Positions 22,477-34,529 are shown, numbered from the stretch's first letter. The stretch is DNA of 64,000 nt from Leidyana gryllorum EB-2025a (GCA_048772705.1 JBLWGC010000104.1:1178001-1242000), one strand, 5' to 3'. Numbers and translations: made by a program. The notes: generated by a model not told the origin, from the sequence alone.

Positions 22477-24609
22477 ATGGCGTTTGGATATCATCCCTTG
22501 ACAGAGTCGAGCCTGAGTGACGTCCATCGCAATCTTCAGTCGTACTTCAAGAGTTTGGGATTATGGTCTATAAATGAAGTGTATCCATCAAAGCGTTCGG
22601 TAGTGACAGAGCTCAGTTGTGGATTTCACGTACGTATTGGGAAGAATGATTCTGCCGCAAGACACCGACAAGAGCTCGACTCAACGAGCCGTATTATGAT
22701 CCCAAGTCATATTATGGGACCGAGTGTGTCCATCCGGGAAGCCTGTCGACCCCGATCGGCCTTATTGGGATTCCTGACGTGTTATTCGATCAAAAGCGTA
22801 GCGGGAAACCAACAATTATTCACCCCTGTATGTGGCGGATGGTTCGCTGCTGCCGAAGATGAGGACTACAAGGACCGTGAGCTCAAGGGAGTGTTCTGCT
22901 GGACCAAGTTCCCCGAGAATGTGCAAAAAGAGCTGCAACAGGCGTTCCTGCTGCGAGCCTTGCTAGACGGCTTATGGTGGAAGGCCAGCGAGAGAGATGT
23001 CAGTCAAGACTCCGAACGCTTTGTATCAATCGGAGGAGAAGACCTGCTTGCGTTTCCCTTCTATTCCTACGAAATGCTCTCGGCACTCCCCGAGTCCATC
23101 GTGCCCCAACACTGGGCTCCTGGCGATCCTCTCAAACCCGGAAAGCCAGTGAACCATGTGTTAGTAGGCAAATGCCAATGCCGTAAATACAAGACCGAGC
23201 CGAATGTTGCCACACATCTGATCATCTCCGCAAGCCGCTTCAGAGGCTTTCTGAGCGACTCCATGAACCCAAGGACTGCCAAACGAGCAGCTCTTGCAGG
23301 AGGACCAATCCTTCACAACGTACTCTTTGGACACCCATCTGATGCTGTGCGGCAAGCTATCGCTGATGAGACGCAGAGGTTGACGGCGAGAATGAGAATT
23401 GAGCCAAGGACTGTCAAAAACCCCTCAGATCAAAGAAATAAAAGACGCCATTCAACACACACTGAAGACCCTGACAATGACGAAATACACAAACGCAGAC
23501 GGACACAAGTTACAGATACCATTTCAGAGGCTAAAAGGGGAACCTCAAGTCCTCCCGAAGCCGAACTGGACGCAGATGTGGACATAAAGTCATCATTACA
23601 CACCTCATCCGCAGAGCCATCACCCGTTCTGGCACCATGCGCTTCCCAAGCGCCCAAGGACGACATGGTGACGACTAAACAACTCTGTCGAAGTGAGTCA
23701 ATCGAAGACGTTGAAGCTCGAATTACGATCGAGGAGGGGTCTGATGGGATGGGAGGTACTGATGAATATGCGATGGAAGAACAGGTTGGTAATCAAGGAC
23801 ACACTGCACAACACACGTCGACGCCGCTCGTAGAGGCACCTCCTCTTACGAGTCGTGCAGGGAACAACAGAGATCGACGTATGTCCCATGCTTCTGTCAT
23901 CTCGAAATCGTGTGAGCCCACGCTATCCGACCCGCCCCCAACACCCCCCGTCGCTAAATGTCGTGCCAAAAAGTCAAGCCCCAGGATCCCTCCTTCCACG
24001 GGAACCATACCAGCTGGAACTACGCCTGTAACACGCCCCCTCCCAGCCGCTCCTCCTCCCGCCCTCCAACGCAGACCTTCGACCGCGGCACACACTGCAA
24101 CTCCCAATGGAAGCTCAGCTGCTCTGGCTTCTCCGGAGCCGGAGGTAACGGCATTCCTGGAGCGGCCTCCGCCAAAGTCACATCAACCTCAGTTACAAAG
24201 ACATTCCACCCCTCACCTCACCTCGTCAATGCCCAGGAACTTCCAACATCAAGTCGTGCAACCCATCTCAACACAGTCACTCGTCACCGGGATTCCACAT
24301 CATATGGCCTTCCCACCTGGCACTGCTGCTTACGGTGTCACCAATCCCTATCTTGCCCGAGGCTTCATGCAGCCGCAGCAAGTTCATGCAGCAGGGCTTG
24401 GCGTCTTTCCCTCCAACCCACCTGCCGCGGCCGCATATGCTCAATATATGGTAGGCCTGGGAGCAAGAGCGCTGCCAAGAATGTCCTTCCCAATTCAGCA
24501 ACAAACCTACAACATGGCCTCTGGGCAGCATCCGTTTGCAAAAGCTGCACAACGATCAGCACAACAAATGCGGCAAAGACCGCCGGTTGAATATCAAATT
24601 GATGACTAA
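22477..24609 (+). CDS. Hypothetical protein, 710 aa: globular N-half and P/Q/A-rich disordered C-half, with a basic NLS-like segment
   Basis: Uninterrupted ORF containing NKRRH...HKRRRT basic clusters. No family recognised. Confidence 0.7.
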   Translation: MAFGYHPLTESSLSDVHRNLQSYFKSLGLWSINEVYPSKRSVVTELSCGFHVRIGKNDSAARHRQELDSTSRIMIPSHIMGPSVSIREACRPRSALLGFLTCYSIKSVAGNQQLFTPVCGGWFAAAEDEDYKDRELKGVFCWTKFPENVQKELQQAFLLRALLDGLWWKASERDVSQDSERFVSIGGEDLLAFPFYSYEMLSALPESIVPQHWAPGDPLKPGKPVNHVLVGKCQCRKYKTEPNVATHLIISASRFRGFLSDSMNPRTAKRAALAGGPILHNVLFGHPSDAVRQAIADETQRLTARMRIEPRTVKNPSDQRNKRRHSTHTEDPDNDEIHKRRRTQVTDTISEAKRGTSSPPEAELDADVDIKSSLHTSSAEPSPVLAPCASQAPKDDMVTTKQLCRSESIEDVEARITIEEGSDGMGGTDEYAMEEQVGNQGHTAQHTSTPLVEAPPLTSRAGNNRDRRMSHASVISKSCEPTLSDPPPTPPVAKCRAKKSSPRIPPSTGTIPAGTTPVTRPLPAAPPPALQRRPSTAAHTATPNGSSAALASPEPEVTAFLERPPPKSHQPQLQRHSTPHLTSSMPRNFQHQVVQPISTQSLVTGIPHHMAFPPGTAAYGVTNPYLARGFMQPQQVHAAGLGVFPSNPPAAAAYAQYMVGLGARALPRMSFPIQQQTYNMASGQHPFAKAAQRSAQQMRQRPPVEYQIDD

Positions 24610-24672
24610 GTGGGAGCATAATCAAAAGCACAACAAAATGAAGACGAACATGGAAAGGCGAGATGAAAATGA

Positions 24673-25522
24673 TCACACAGGTGCACACGCGCGACGCCTT
24701 CCATCGTAGTATCGCTCGCAAAGCCGCATGGAATGACGATGACGTCCCTCAATGCAGATGTCTCCCACAACCGCATCGCGTAACGCCAACGTTCCGGTAC
24801 GAACATCATCTTTAGCTCGCCCGGCAGATGCAGCTATCCGATTAGCTTCGGCTGTGAGCTCAGTGTGTGCAGATTCGAGGACTTTCGCGAAAGCTGTTGT
24901 AGGGAGTCGATCCACCAATATCCGCAGATCATCGTGGAAGTCCTGAAAACGTTGGAGGCCCGGCTTTATATCGTCCAGAACTTCTGATGACAAACGGTTT
25001 CCATCTTGAGTCACACCAACGGTCAGAACCATTCGTAACGGTTCATGCGGTAACACCCCTTTGAGGTGCTCGCCTATCTCAATCCATGACAAGTAGTCTG
25101 CAGCCACCGAAAGCACCGTCCAGAAGTACCATGGAAAGATAATTGATCGCATACCACACGCGTGTGCTAACTCCCCATGCTCAACCACTCGACCACACCC
25201 AAGTGGGTGTTTTTCGTCTTTTCGTTTGTATAATGGGTGCGGTCTTCTCTAAGTTGACTAGTTCGGAGTATTGGTCTAAGGTAAGCCCATCCACAAGTAC
25301 CTCGCCAGGAGCAAACCTATTCCGCTCAACAGCTTACTAGCTTGGCTGCACGCTCTTCACAAATCGGCTCGCGTCTTTTCTGGGCTCTGGGGACGGCCAG
25401 CCTTGTAGTGGGCATCCCAATCCTCTTCGAATATGAGAGAGAGTGCCAAGCAGCAGATACTGCGCAACAATTGGAGAGTGCGCGCCAGTCTGCAGCTCTA
25501 GCCGGAGCGCTGTGATGGGCAT
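24673..25522 (-). CDS. Hypothetical protein; 5' exon structure unresolved
   Basis: A 171-aa helical-looking ORF (24673-25188) fills the space between two genes. The upstream exons are ambiguous. Confidence 0.4.
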
Positions 25523-25536
25523 TTTTTTCCGCGAAG

Positions 25537-28122
25537 ATGACACCCAAGAACAAGGCTGAAGGCGCTTCGCAGCTATTCGGCCCCTCCAGCTCCCCACTGT
25601 TCAACAGTTTGGCTCGACAAGCAACCACCTCAACATATAGTTTAGCTTTGCATAGGACATTCCTGCCAAATGACCCTGCCACAGACCTCAAATATACACT
25701 ACAGCCAACGGTGTTTCTGTCACAAGCAAAAGCCAGCGATTTCTACCTGCTTACACTCACTTTAGAGGGACAAGAATATGTGCTTCCGGCCTCAGGCAGC
25801 CGGTGTGTATGCAAGAGTGATCACGCGCCCACAGCGTGTGGCCAGTCGAGCATAAAAGTTAGTCAGGTGCTGTGGGACACCATTGGCCTACTGACAAGCG
25901 GAAGTAACGTCGCTGCGAGTGTTGAAAGCCTTGACATAAAGCCTGCAAGTCGCAACAGCTTTCCCCAATGCTCTCAACTGACTCTAGAGTGGCTGGACTC
26001 CTCTCATCCGGTGTATGGGCACTACAAACTGGACGCCTTACCGACCGGCAACACGCTAACACCGTCTGATATCTTGCCATCAATCAAAGCACTATTGACT
26101 GGATTGGTGGTGACTCGATATCAGTTGGTTGGGTGTGTACGTGCTGGTCGTCTGGCGTTGTTCCGGGTAGCGCAGCTCAAGGCAAAAGGCAATGCTCGTG
26201 TTGCACGCATTATTGACAGCGCGAAATTGGTGCTGGACATCCGATTGAGGAAGAGCTCGCATCCTAATGATACCTCGCAAGCCGCCGATGGTAGCGTGCC
26301 ATCTCCTAGACGGGGTTTGGCTCGTGTTGGAGGTTTGAAGAATGCACGCCACCTCCTGCTTTCGGTGGTTCTTTATCAATTGCTCCACCCCGAACGGTTC
26401 TTTGTGTCCGCCGGGAGTGCAGCGTTGAGGGGTCCACGTCCTCCAAAGGGCATTCTCTTGTACGGGCCTCCGGGAACAGGGAAGACGTTCGTTTCGGAGG
26501 CGTTGGGTGAGGAGTTGGAAGATCGTTGGGATTCCGAGAAGTCCAAGGAGTTCGGGTGGCAGTGCCCGCGCGTGGTGAAGTTCACTCGCAAGAATGGCAG
26601 TGAACTGGAAGCTGCTCTGCGAGAGATTTTCAGAGCCTGTGCTGAGTTGTTTGAGAGGGAGAACAGGCGGACTCTGCTGATCATCGACGAGATCGATTCT
26701 ATCTGTCCCACTCGAGAGACAGCATCGGAGGCGAGCATTGCCGCTACCACTACACTGCTGACTCACTTAGACGGCGTTGACGCTCACCCTGGTGTAGTGA
26801 TATTGGCAACGACGAACCGGCCTGACGCGTTGGATGAGGCCGTCCGCCGGCCCGGTCGGATCGACTTGGAAATTGAGATTGAGGTCCCAGATCGACAGGA
26901 AAGAGCTGAGATATTGGCCAAACTGATCACGAGGATCGCAGGAGATACGGTGGAGGGGATCAACAGTATGGAGGACATAGAGAACCTGGCGTCCAATGCA
27001 CACGGGTGTGTTCCAGCGGATCTGGAGCTTTGGTGTTGTCGTGCGGTCGAGGAAGCTCAAACAGAAGCGTTCGATTCGGATAGAAGTCCCGTGGTCAGTA
27101 TTACGCATTTTGAGAGGGCGCTGAAATTGATCCGACCATCGGCTTTGAAGGAACTGGTGGTGGAAGTACCAGTTACGAAATGGAGTGACATAGGAGGCTA
27201 TGAGGAGGTGAAGCAGAAACTGCAGGAGAGTGTTGAATGGCCCCTGAAGCACTGGAAACTGTTTGACGCAATGCGTATCAGCGCCCCACGGGGTATACTG
27301 CTCTATGGACCACCAGGAAACAGTAAAACGATCATGGCGAAGGCGGTGGCTTCCGAGTCTTCCATGAACTTCATCGCCGTAAAAGGGCCCGAGATCTTCA
27401 GCAAATGGGTGGGAGAGAGTGAGAGGACTATCCGGACAATCTTTCGGTGAGTTTCGACTGATAATTGAAGGAATGAATTGACATTTGTGCACAGTAAAGC
27501 TAGGCAGCACGCTCCGACAGTGATCTTCTTTGATGAAATTGACGCGTTGGGTTGTGATCGACAGTCTGGAGAAAAGGGAGGTGGGGGCTCGGGGGTGGAG
27601 TCGCGAGTGTTGAGTCAGATGCTGAATGAGATGGACGGCATCGGGGCTGCCAAACAGGTTGTGATCATTGGAGCAACCAATCGTCCGGATCTCTTGGACG
27701 CGGCTCTTTTGCGTCCAGGGAGATTTGACCGTTTACTATATATTCCGTTGCCCGACATTAGCGCCCGTCAGCAGATCTTCGCAATCCATTTACGGGGGGT
27801 GGACCTGGTGGATGAAAGCGCGTCGGATCTGGAGGGAGGAAAGCGGGTGGATGGGTGTGGTGGCTTGTTAACATGGTTGGGTGAGCAGAGCGAGGGATAC
27901 AGTGGGGCCGAGATTGCATTTATCTGCAAAGAGGTCCGCATGGCTAAGCTACGTCAGCTGATTCGGAGGGAGTCGACATCGGTTGAGCCCTGTGGTGAAG
28001 ACTTCAAGTTGGGGCGACAGGAGTTCGAAGAAGTCTTTCGCAGTATGAAGCCCAGAACTCCACCTGAGCTGATCGAGTTTTATACAAAGTATGCTGCTGC
28101 CAACACCGGTCGCGCTGACTAA
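25537..28122 (+). CDS. AFG2: AFG2/Drg1/SPATA5 double-ring AAA+ ATPase (60S maturation)
   Basis: D1 has [14 protein letters not shown] and [21 protein letters not shown]2 has GPPGNSKT (the SPATA5-type GxSKT), [20 protein letters not shown] and LRPGRFDR. One intron at ~27447-27494. Confidence 0.9.
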
Positions 28123-28167
28123 TTCAGCGAGTCACCAGATTAGACTGCTATGAGATACGGTTTGGTG

Positions 28168-29242
28168 TCACAGTGCTTGATGGTCTGTCTGTCTGTCTGT
28201 CTGTCTAACTAGGGTACACACATTGTTCCTACTAAGATCTACTTTTGGGACGTTTGGGTGCGAGCCAACTTTGCAGTTGATCGGTGAGAGATGGGGCAGT
28301 GACTGCGTGGGGAACCGATGGCGGCGTGGGAGTGGGCGAGGAGGGTTTGGAGAGTGGTGAAAGGAATCCCACCGGGGGAGGGACCGCATTGAGTGAGGCA
28401 GCTGACGAGGGTGAGTAGAGTCTGACGGAGTCTCTGTGACGTAGATCGTCGAAGCGGACAGTCCGATGCTATTCAGAATGGATGTCATTTTGAGGCTCAG
28501 TGAATGAGGTACAGCAATACCTTTGGGGTGGAGCGACCGAATATGGCATCATTGACTTGCCATATTTCTAGTGGAGGGGCTGCCCAGCGTGTGAAGCGGG
28601 CGCGTCGCAAAGTCTTGGATTTGATTCGAATATTAATTACTGCGCGTTGCACTGTGGAGCGAGCAGATGATCGCAGGGGAGAAGACGCGGCGGACACAAC
28701 AGGGGGGACGACAGTGTTCATTGAAGCGGTGGCACTATTCCACCACCGGTGCTTCTTGAGGTTACCAGCAGTCGCCGCAGCTGCTGCCGCCTCGAGTTGG
28801 CGGTTTTTCTCTTCCTCGCGGTTGAGACTCTCGCGGAGTTCTATCAGTGGATTACGCGGCCGCCAGATTTCGACGGAGCTCACTCTCTCGTGCTTCATCA
28901 GATCGACTCAGCTTTAGTCGCAATCGTGTACATTCTGTTTGGAGGAGGTTGACCTCTTGCTCCATCTGATCGATATAGTCGCACGCTTGTTCATACTTTT
29001 CATTGAGGGGGGGCTGAAGGTTGCGTTGTGGTCGAGCCGAAGCTGGATTGTTCGACGGCGGAGGAGAGACATCGTAGTCCTGTAGAATGCCTGACAGGTT
29101 GTTCAGCATAACCCGAACTCGATCAATGTCATCCTCCTCTGCTGCCGTTTCGACCAAGCCTCTCACTGATGACAGGGTCAACAGTACCAACCACACAAGT
29201 GCACAGAGTATATATACCTTCACTGATGAGGTCTTTCAGCAT
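28168..29242 (-). CDS. Hypothetical coiled-coil protein (multi-exon)
   Basis: GT-AG introns join MLKDLISE|VRGLVETAAEE... and ...EARE|KLRESLNREEEK in frame. Both ends are uncertain. Confidence 0.45.
28183..28206. repeat. (TCTG)n tetranucleotide microsatellite
   Basis: gtctgtctgtctgtctgtctgtct is directly visible. Confidence 0.8.
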
Positions 29243-29507
29243 GCGTTGTGGTTGATAAGGCACTACCACTAAAAGGCTGGAAGGGGGAGAGCTTGGCCGT
29301 TCTCTCCTTATGGTCCTCTCGCGCCTCCACACACTTCACTGGCACGATACACGGTGGATCTGGCACGACACACGGTGGATCTGCCATCCGTGGGACTCCG
29401 TGACTTGCGGCTAATCGAGCAACCAATGATTCCAAGGGGGAAAAATTCAACAACAAAGTGACTGGTTCAATCAGTCAACTGCCTAACCCCCCAAATCAGG
29501 CTCCACT

Positions 29508-30869
29508 TTAGTTAAAGAGAGCAAAGACCGCTCCCAAAAAGATGGGAACAGACAGCAGGACGTTCACCTCGGCACCGCTCGTGGGCTGTCTGAGTGTGAC
29601 ACACCCAGAGTCCTCGTTGCGGCTGCGTTGTCTCGATTTGGCGAAATCGAATGAGGTCTTGACTCGGTCCTTGAGCTCATCAGTCATGTTATCAACGGCT
29701 TTGATAAGGTTGTGAGCCATACGATATCCAGTGAGAGCGATGCGCTCCTTGCTGGCCTTCACAGCAAAGTTGACGTAATCAGCGGTGATCTCGAATCGAG
29801 CGTCGCCGGTGCAGGCGTTTCGGCAGTTAGCGCTGAAGCAGTCAACTGTTGGTGGGCAATCTTCGGGTCCGCATCCGGTTACGGAGGCGGTCCGGTCCTC
29901 AGGTGCACAGAAATGCTTGGCGAAGGTGATACCTTTGTACACGTGGAATTTGTTGTAACGCTCTTGTGGGATCGCGACAAGAGTGAACGACTCTTTCATG
30001 ATGTCGAGAATGGTGGCGTCCCGGAGCTTGAAGCCGGCGTCGATAAGAGTATTGTTGGGGAACTCTTTCATGATCTCGTCAACCTTCTCGTCCGTCTTTC
30101 CCCAGATCGTGAAACGGTTACGGGTCTCGTAGCCTCCCATTGCATCCCAAAAGGCGTGCAGATTCCTGATTCCCGCTTCCTCACAAGCGGGACAGGCGCC
30201 CTGGGCAAATCGGACCGAGACGTAGTTGGCGCCTTCGTCGTGCATTCCACGACCAAACTCTAGGTGGTCTTGCCAGTTCCACAAAGCGGCAGTGTGGCAC
30301 GGCATATGAAGGTCACCCAACAAATGTGTCTCATGGTGGAGGTTGACGCCCAGTGACCAAGGAGTCTTATCAATAGGGTCCAATTCCCTGCCCCACAATG
30401 CTGTTTCAGCGTTGTCCAAGGCGAACAGAATGGTATTCAGGGTTTGGTTGCGTAAGTAGTGAGCATCCAGAGTATCCAAAGCTTGCTGCGCCCAGTTCTC
30501 CGACCATCCAAGCTCCTTCACAGCGTCCTCGTCAACGTAAAGAGCGTCGTAGTAGTGGAAGCGATCCCACATCCGCAAGTGATCCAAGAAGGGGTAACCC
30601 AAATCAGGCTTAGCGGGGTTGGTGGAGGTATCGGTTTTGCGGCGTCGGTTCTTGACGTAATCCAACCAAGTCGCAGAACTCTGCAAGTCAGCATGGCAAG
30701 GCCAGATGTCAGCACCGGCATAAAAAACATCGTTGACAGTGTCCAAGACATCCTTCCGGCCCAGAGCGACCAAGTGGCGAGCCGCAATCTCGGCCGACAA
30801 AACATGGGGACCGTCCCACCATGCAGACGCAAGTCCTGCAACCCCAAAGAGGGAAATGATACTCTTCAT
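29508..30869 (-). CDS. S1/P1 (class I) nuclease / 3'-nucleotidase, secreted and probably GPI- or membrane-anchored, intronless
   Basis: A signal peptide is followed by W-W-D-G-P-H (N-terminal Trp/His Zn ligands), WLDYVK, HYYD, HLLGDLHMPCH, DEGAN and NLHAFWD. The C-terminal tail is hydrophobic. Confidence 0.92.
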   Translation of the reverse strand: MKSIISLFGVAGLASAWWDGPHVLSAEIAARHLVALGRKDVLDTVNDVFYAGADIWPCHADLQSSATWLDYVKNRRRKTDTSTNPAKPDLGYPFLDHLRMWDRFHYYDALYVDEDAVKELGWSENWAQQALDTLDAHYLRNQTLNTILFALDNAETALWGRELDPIDKTPWSLGVNLHHETHLLGDLHMPCHTAALWNWQDHLEFGRGMHDEGANYVSVRFAQGACPACEEAGIRNLHAFWDAMGGYETRNRFTIWGKTDEKVDEIMKEFPNNTLIDAGFKLRDATILDIMKESFTLVAIPQERYNKFHVYKGITFAKHFCAPEDRTASVTGCGPEDCPPTVDCFSANCRNACTGDARFEITADYVNFAVKASKERIALTGYRMAHNLIKAVDNMTDELKDRVKTSFDFAKSRQRSRNEDSGCVTLRQPTSGAEVNVLLSVPIFLGAVFALFN

Positions 30870-30904
30870 CCGCCTTGAGTGTCAACCAAAAATTATACAC
30901 TCTC

Positions 30905-32160
30905 TCAAGTGTTCTTCATAGATCCAAAACCGTCTGTGTGCGCCAACAAGTCCCTCTGCTCTCGTTTCAAAAACTCATCGACACACTCCCTCACACTGCG
31001 ACCCCCTCTCAACAGTGTCAGATCCTTCTCGTTCGGGATGCCATCAGCCACATAGGGTTCTGGGTAATCGGGCATGTAGTGTGGTACCCGACACAGACGT
31101 CGCATGATGTCTTCCACCTGTTCTCCCAGTGCTGCTTCCTCACCACTCAGGCCCGTCAACCGCTCAAAATGCTCCTGCACCAGAGCCCGTCGCAACGCAA
31201 TGTTCGAGGGATCGTTCACTCCTAATAGATTCGCGTCGGGGCGAATTGAGGAGCGAGCCACGGCGTGGCGACAAACAACAGGAGGCGGGCAGCCTGGACT
31301 GAGCAACTCCCCCACAACAACTGAGGCTGGCTCAAACCCCTCAGCCACTCGTTTCCCTGTACACGCCCCCCACACCAACGGGATTTCTGGTGCCAACATT
31401 GCACCCGCTGGAGCCAAGGGGCCAAGAAAAATCCCCTCTCTCCCAGCGATCGCAGAACCAGTACCCGAAGTACCGGAGGAAGGACTGCTTTTGGACCTCA
31501 CCCCACTCTTCTTGGGCACCTGACCCTCGATGGAGCGACATGTCTCATCGGCAGCCTCCTCTAACTCCTCCATAGCAGCTGCAAATTGCTCCTTCTGCTT
31601 ATTCATCACCGATAACCCCAACGGTGGCCACGGCAAGGTGAAGTCCGTCGGATCATCCACTGCCTCACTATAAGCTCGAAACACTCCTGGGTACTCGCAC
31701 TGCAACCTGAGACTGCTCTCTGGGTCTGAATCATCGAGTTAGCACAGACCGAAGAGAACTGACATTAACCTACCCAGTTCTCCCTCGAGCGCCATCCGCT
31801 GTTCGCGAAGGACGCAGAGAAACTTGTTGACGTTGAGCAACGCGTCCCCCAAGGCATCGGCCAAAAGATGCTCCTTTCCGATCTGCATCTCTGCCTCCTC
31901 TGGTGTCTGCACAGCCACTGGCTGCCTGCAATACGTCAGTAATCACACTTCGCTTTCAACACAACTCACTTGAGCAAACCATCAGAGTCCGTGTACACAG
32001 GCGGCCCAGCGTACTCGGGAGTGAAGAATGTCAACCTCGGTGCCTCCCAACGCGTTCCGCTGGGGGCTGTCAACTTGGCCGATGGTGGCTTGGCCGCAAC
32101 TGTTGAACGCCGTGGACGGCCCCGCCCTCGACGTTCTGAAGGTGGGCGAGTGTCCACCAT
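30905..32160 (-). CDS. Hypothetical nuclear protein with N-terminal AT-hook (RGRGRPRR)
   Basis: MVDTRPPSERRGRGRPRRS is followed by two short introns and a 266-aa terminal ORF. Confidence 0.5.
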
Positions 32161-32189
32161 TGAATTTTCATACTTTTTTACTCGGACAA

Positions 32190-34529
32190 ATGCCATCACG
32201 CAGGCCAAAGTACCTCTCATCGGTCTCCAGTGATGAGATCCATCCTCTCGCAGTCAATTCTGAAAGTGGATCAGAGGGGCGGGGCGCCCCTCACAATAAA
32301 GGCAATATGATCGGTGGACGTCACCGACGAGTTGGTGAGATTCAATCTGGACCAATGGGAAATCTACACTCTCTGTTTCTACAGACCATAGCCGCAGAGA
32401 CGGCGGTAGCGAGGACAGCGGTCAGGTCATTGAGCTGTTCGACTCTCGCAGCCCATGTCACAGGCGCGCACCCGTTCCTGCGTTCGACAATAATCGAACC
32501 GAACTCGCTTTTGAGTCGGATGCATCCAGCCACGCCTCCACATCCTCCAGCAGCGGCGAGTCTTTATCACGTTTCCTGGATCCGAACCACGAGGTCAAAC
32601 TGGGCTATTTCACTCCAACGCATAAAGGAAGGGTGACAGTAACGCACTTCGGCTCTCGTCGCCATCAGGAAGTAAAGAATCAAGCCCCAACCAAGTCTTT
32701 TGCGGCTGACGATCTCATCTCCGCTTCGGATTCTGAGGATCTCGAAGGATTGGGCAGAGTTCATCGTCATCGGAAGCCGGGCGAACCCACTCCTCAAGTA
32801 CCCCCGCCAGGGCCCCCACATCATCAAATGACCCCAGAAAGAGACCTAGAGACCCTCGGACGAGTACGGAAAACCAGAAGGCCAGGAGAACCTGACGATG
32901 AAGACTCCGAGAATATTGAAGGGCTCCATCCCGTCAACCGCAATCGTCGCGGATCGGATGAGACTGAGAGCGAAGACCTCGCGGGACTGGGCAAAGTCAA
33001 TCGTCGTAGGGGAGAAGAGGAGGAGTCTGCTGACATATATGGAGCTGATCGACCTGCCGATCAACACGAAGATCCAGTGACAAGTTCAGAATCTCGAGAG
33101 GAGGACGAACAGCCGCCTTCTGAGGAGGAAATGACTGACGAGGAAGATGCCAGCCCGGGTGCTGGACCGCACTTTGATGACCGTCAACCTCGCCTGCCAC
33201 AAGATGAAACCATCCCCCCCGAATATGCTGAGATCGCTAGGTCTCTGAATGTACCCCTGGAACATCTCCATCCTATCTTCTCTGACGAAGGTCTGATCAT
33301 CCCACGTTGTTTTTCGGCCTTGAGATATCGCAACGATGTTATTGAGCAGTTCAGATGCAAGTTGGAGGTTTCACGCCGCGAACCCATCGTGCGCATGAAC
33401 GTAATGGACCGGCCGCAGCGTCAACGACGTATTCTACTACCTGACATCCAGGTAAGCAAACTCAAGGGCAGGCACACGTGCGCGTAGACTGACTGCGCTC
33501 ACGTGTGTTCCTCCCGAGCACATGTTGCGACCACTTTGTCAATTCCCTCTTTCTGTTGCAGATCCTTCCCTCAACTTTACCTGAAAGTATTGACTGCTTC
33601 AAGGACTATGTGTGGCCGGAGAAAGACCGCCAGTTGACAGAGCTGCGTCGTGCTCCGATAGTGATGGCGTCGTTCTGCAATTTGCGCGAACCTTTGTTAT
33701 TCGTTTGCGCCACGGATGAAGAACAGCGAGCGTGCTACAACACTTTGTTAGTGATCACACATCTGACCAAGAAGCGGGATCAGGAAAGGCGGGCAGATTT
33801 TTCGAGAGGCGGGGTCGGTATGCAGTACCCCACTCCAGATCTGCCGCTGCCCACCGCAATGCGGAGCAAGAAAGCCCATAAATATTATCCGAACATTGGG
33901 GAGTTCAATGAAAGGAAGACGCTATTCCGCAAGCAACTCGGGATTGCCGCGAAACGTCTGGATACTTTCAAGGCAGTGAAAATGTACATCAAATCGGAGC
34001 AGGTTGGGGACAATGACGTATGGGTAAGTGAGGCTTGTTGTCGGGGACCGTGGGAGGAGGGGGCTCACCGCTCCGTGGTTTGGCTGGGTGCACATCGTAA
34101 GGTATATCGATGTCGGCTGTTTGCTTCAGGTGTCGTATTGGCTATCGGACAAGAGCAAATGGGTATCTGAGAAGAAGAAGGTGTGGATCCACCACTACAG
34201 TCCCCATTTGATGGTCACTGATAAGAAGGGGCACCGTGTTCCTGGAGCTCTGAATCTGCTGAGTTATAGTTGTGCTCGTGAGAAATACGAGAACGAAAAG
34301 AATTACCCGAGCGCTGTGAGGTAAGGTCGCTCAGTCACAGAACGAAACACCTGATACGTTGCCGACAGACGGATCAAACTTGCTCCGCACCTAACGGGAG
34401 TCGAATTGTTGGATGTTCCCGGGAAACAAATGTTCTTCTCCTTCGAGACGGTGGAGAAATTGAAGGATTTCCAGCAGGTCATCGCAACACTTGGGTACAT
34501 TCAGGAGTGGGACATACCAACTTCTTCGA
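32190..34529 (+). CDS. Repeat-containing protein with PH-like domains; probably the 5' part of the downstream TBC gene
   Basis: Has four (S)EDLxGLGxVxRxRxxGE repeats and two PH-type terminal strand-helix segments (LLFVCATDEEQRACYNTL; MFFSFETVEKLKDFQQVI). A candidate intron at 34530-34561 joins it in frame to the TBC ORF. Confidence 0.55.

Noticed and set aside
28830-28890. Apparent frameshift in the coiled-coil gene
   Set aside because: A 41-nt GTGAGC...TAG intron resolves it, giving EARE|KLRESL.
29341-29385. 21-bp direct repeat (GGCACGAyACACGGTGGATCT x2)
   Set aside because: There are only two copies with no associated element, so it is probably a local duplication.
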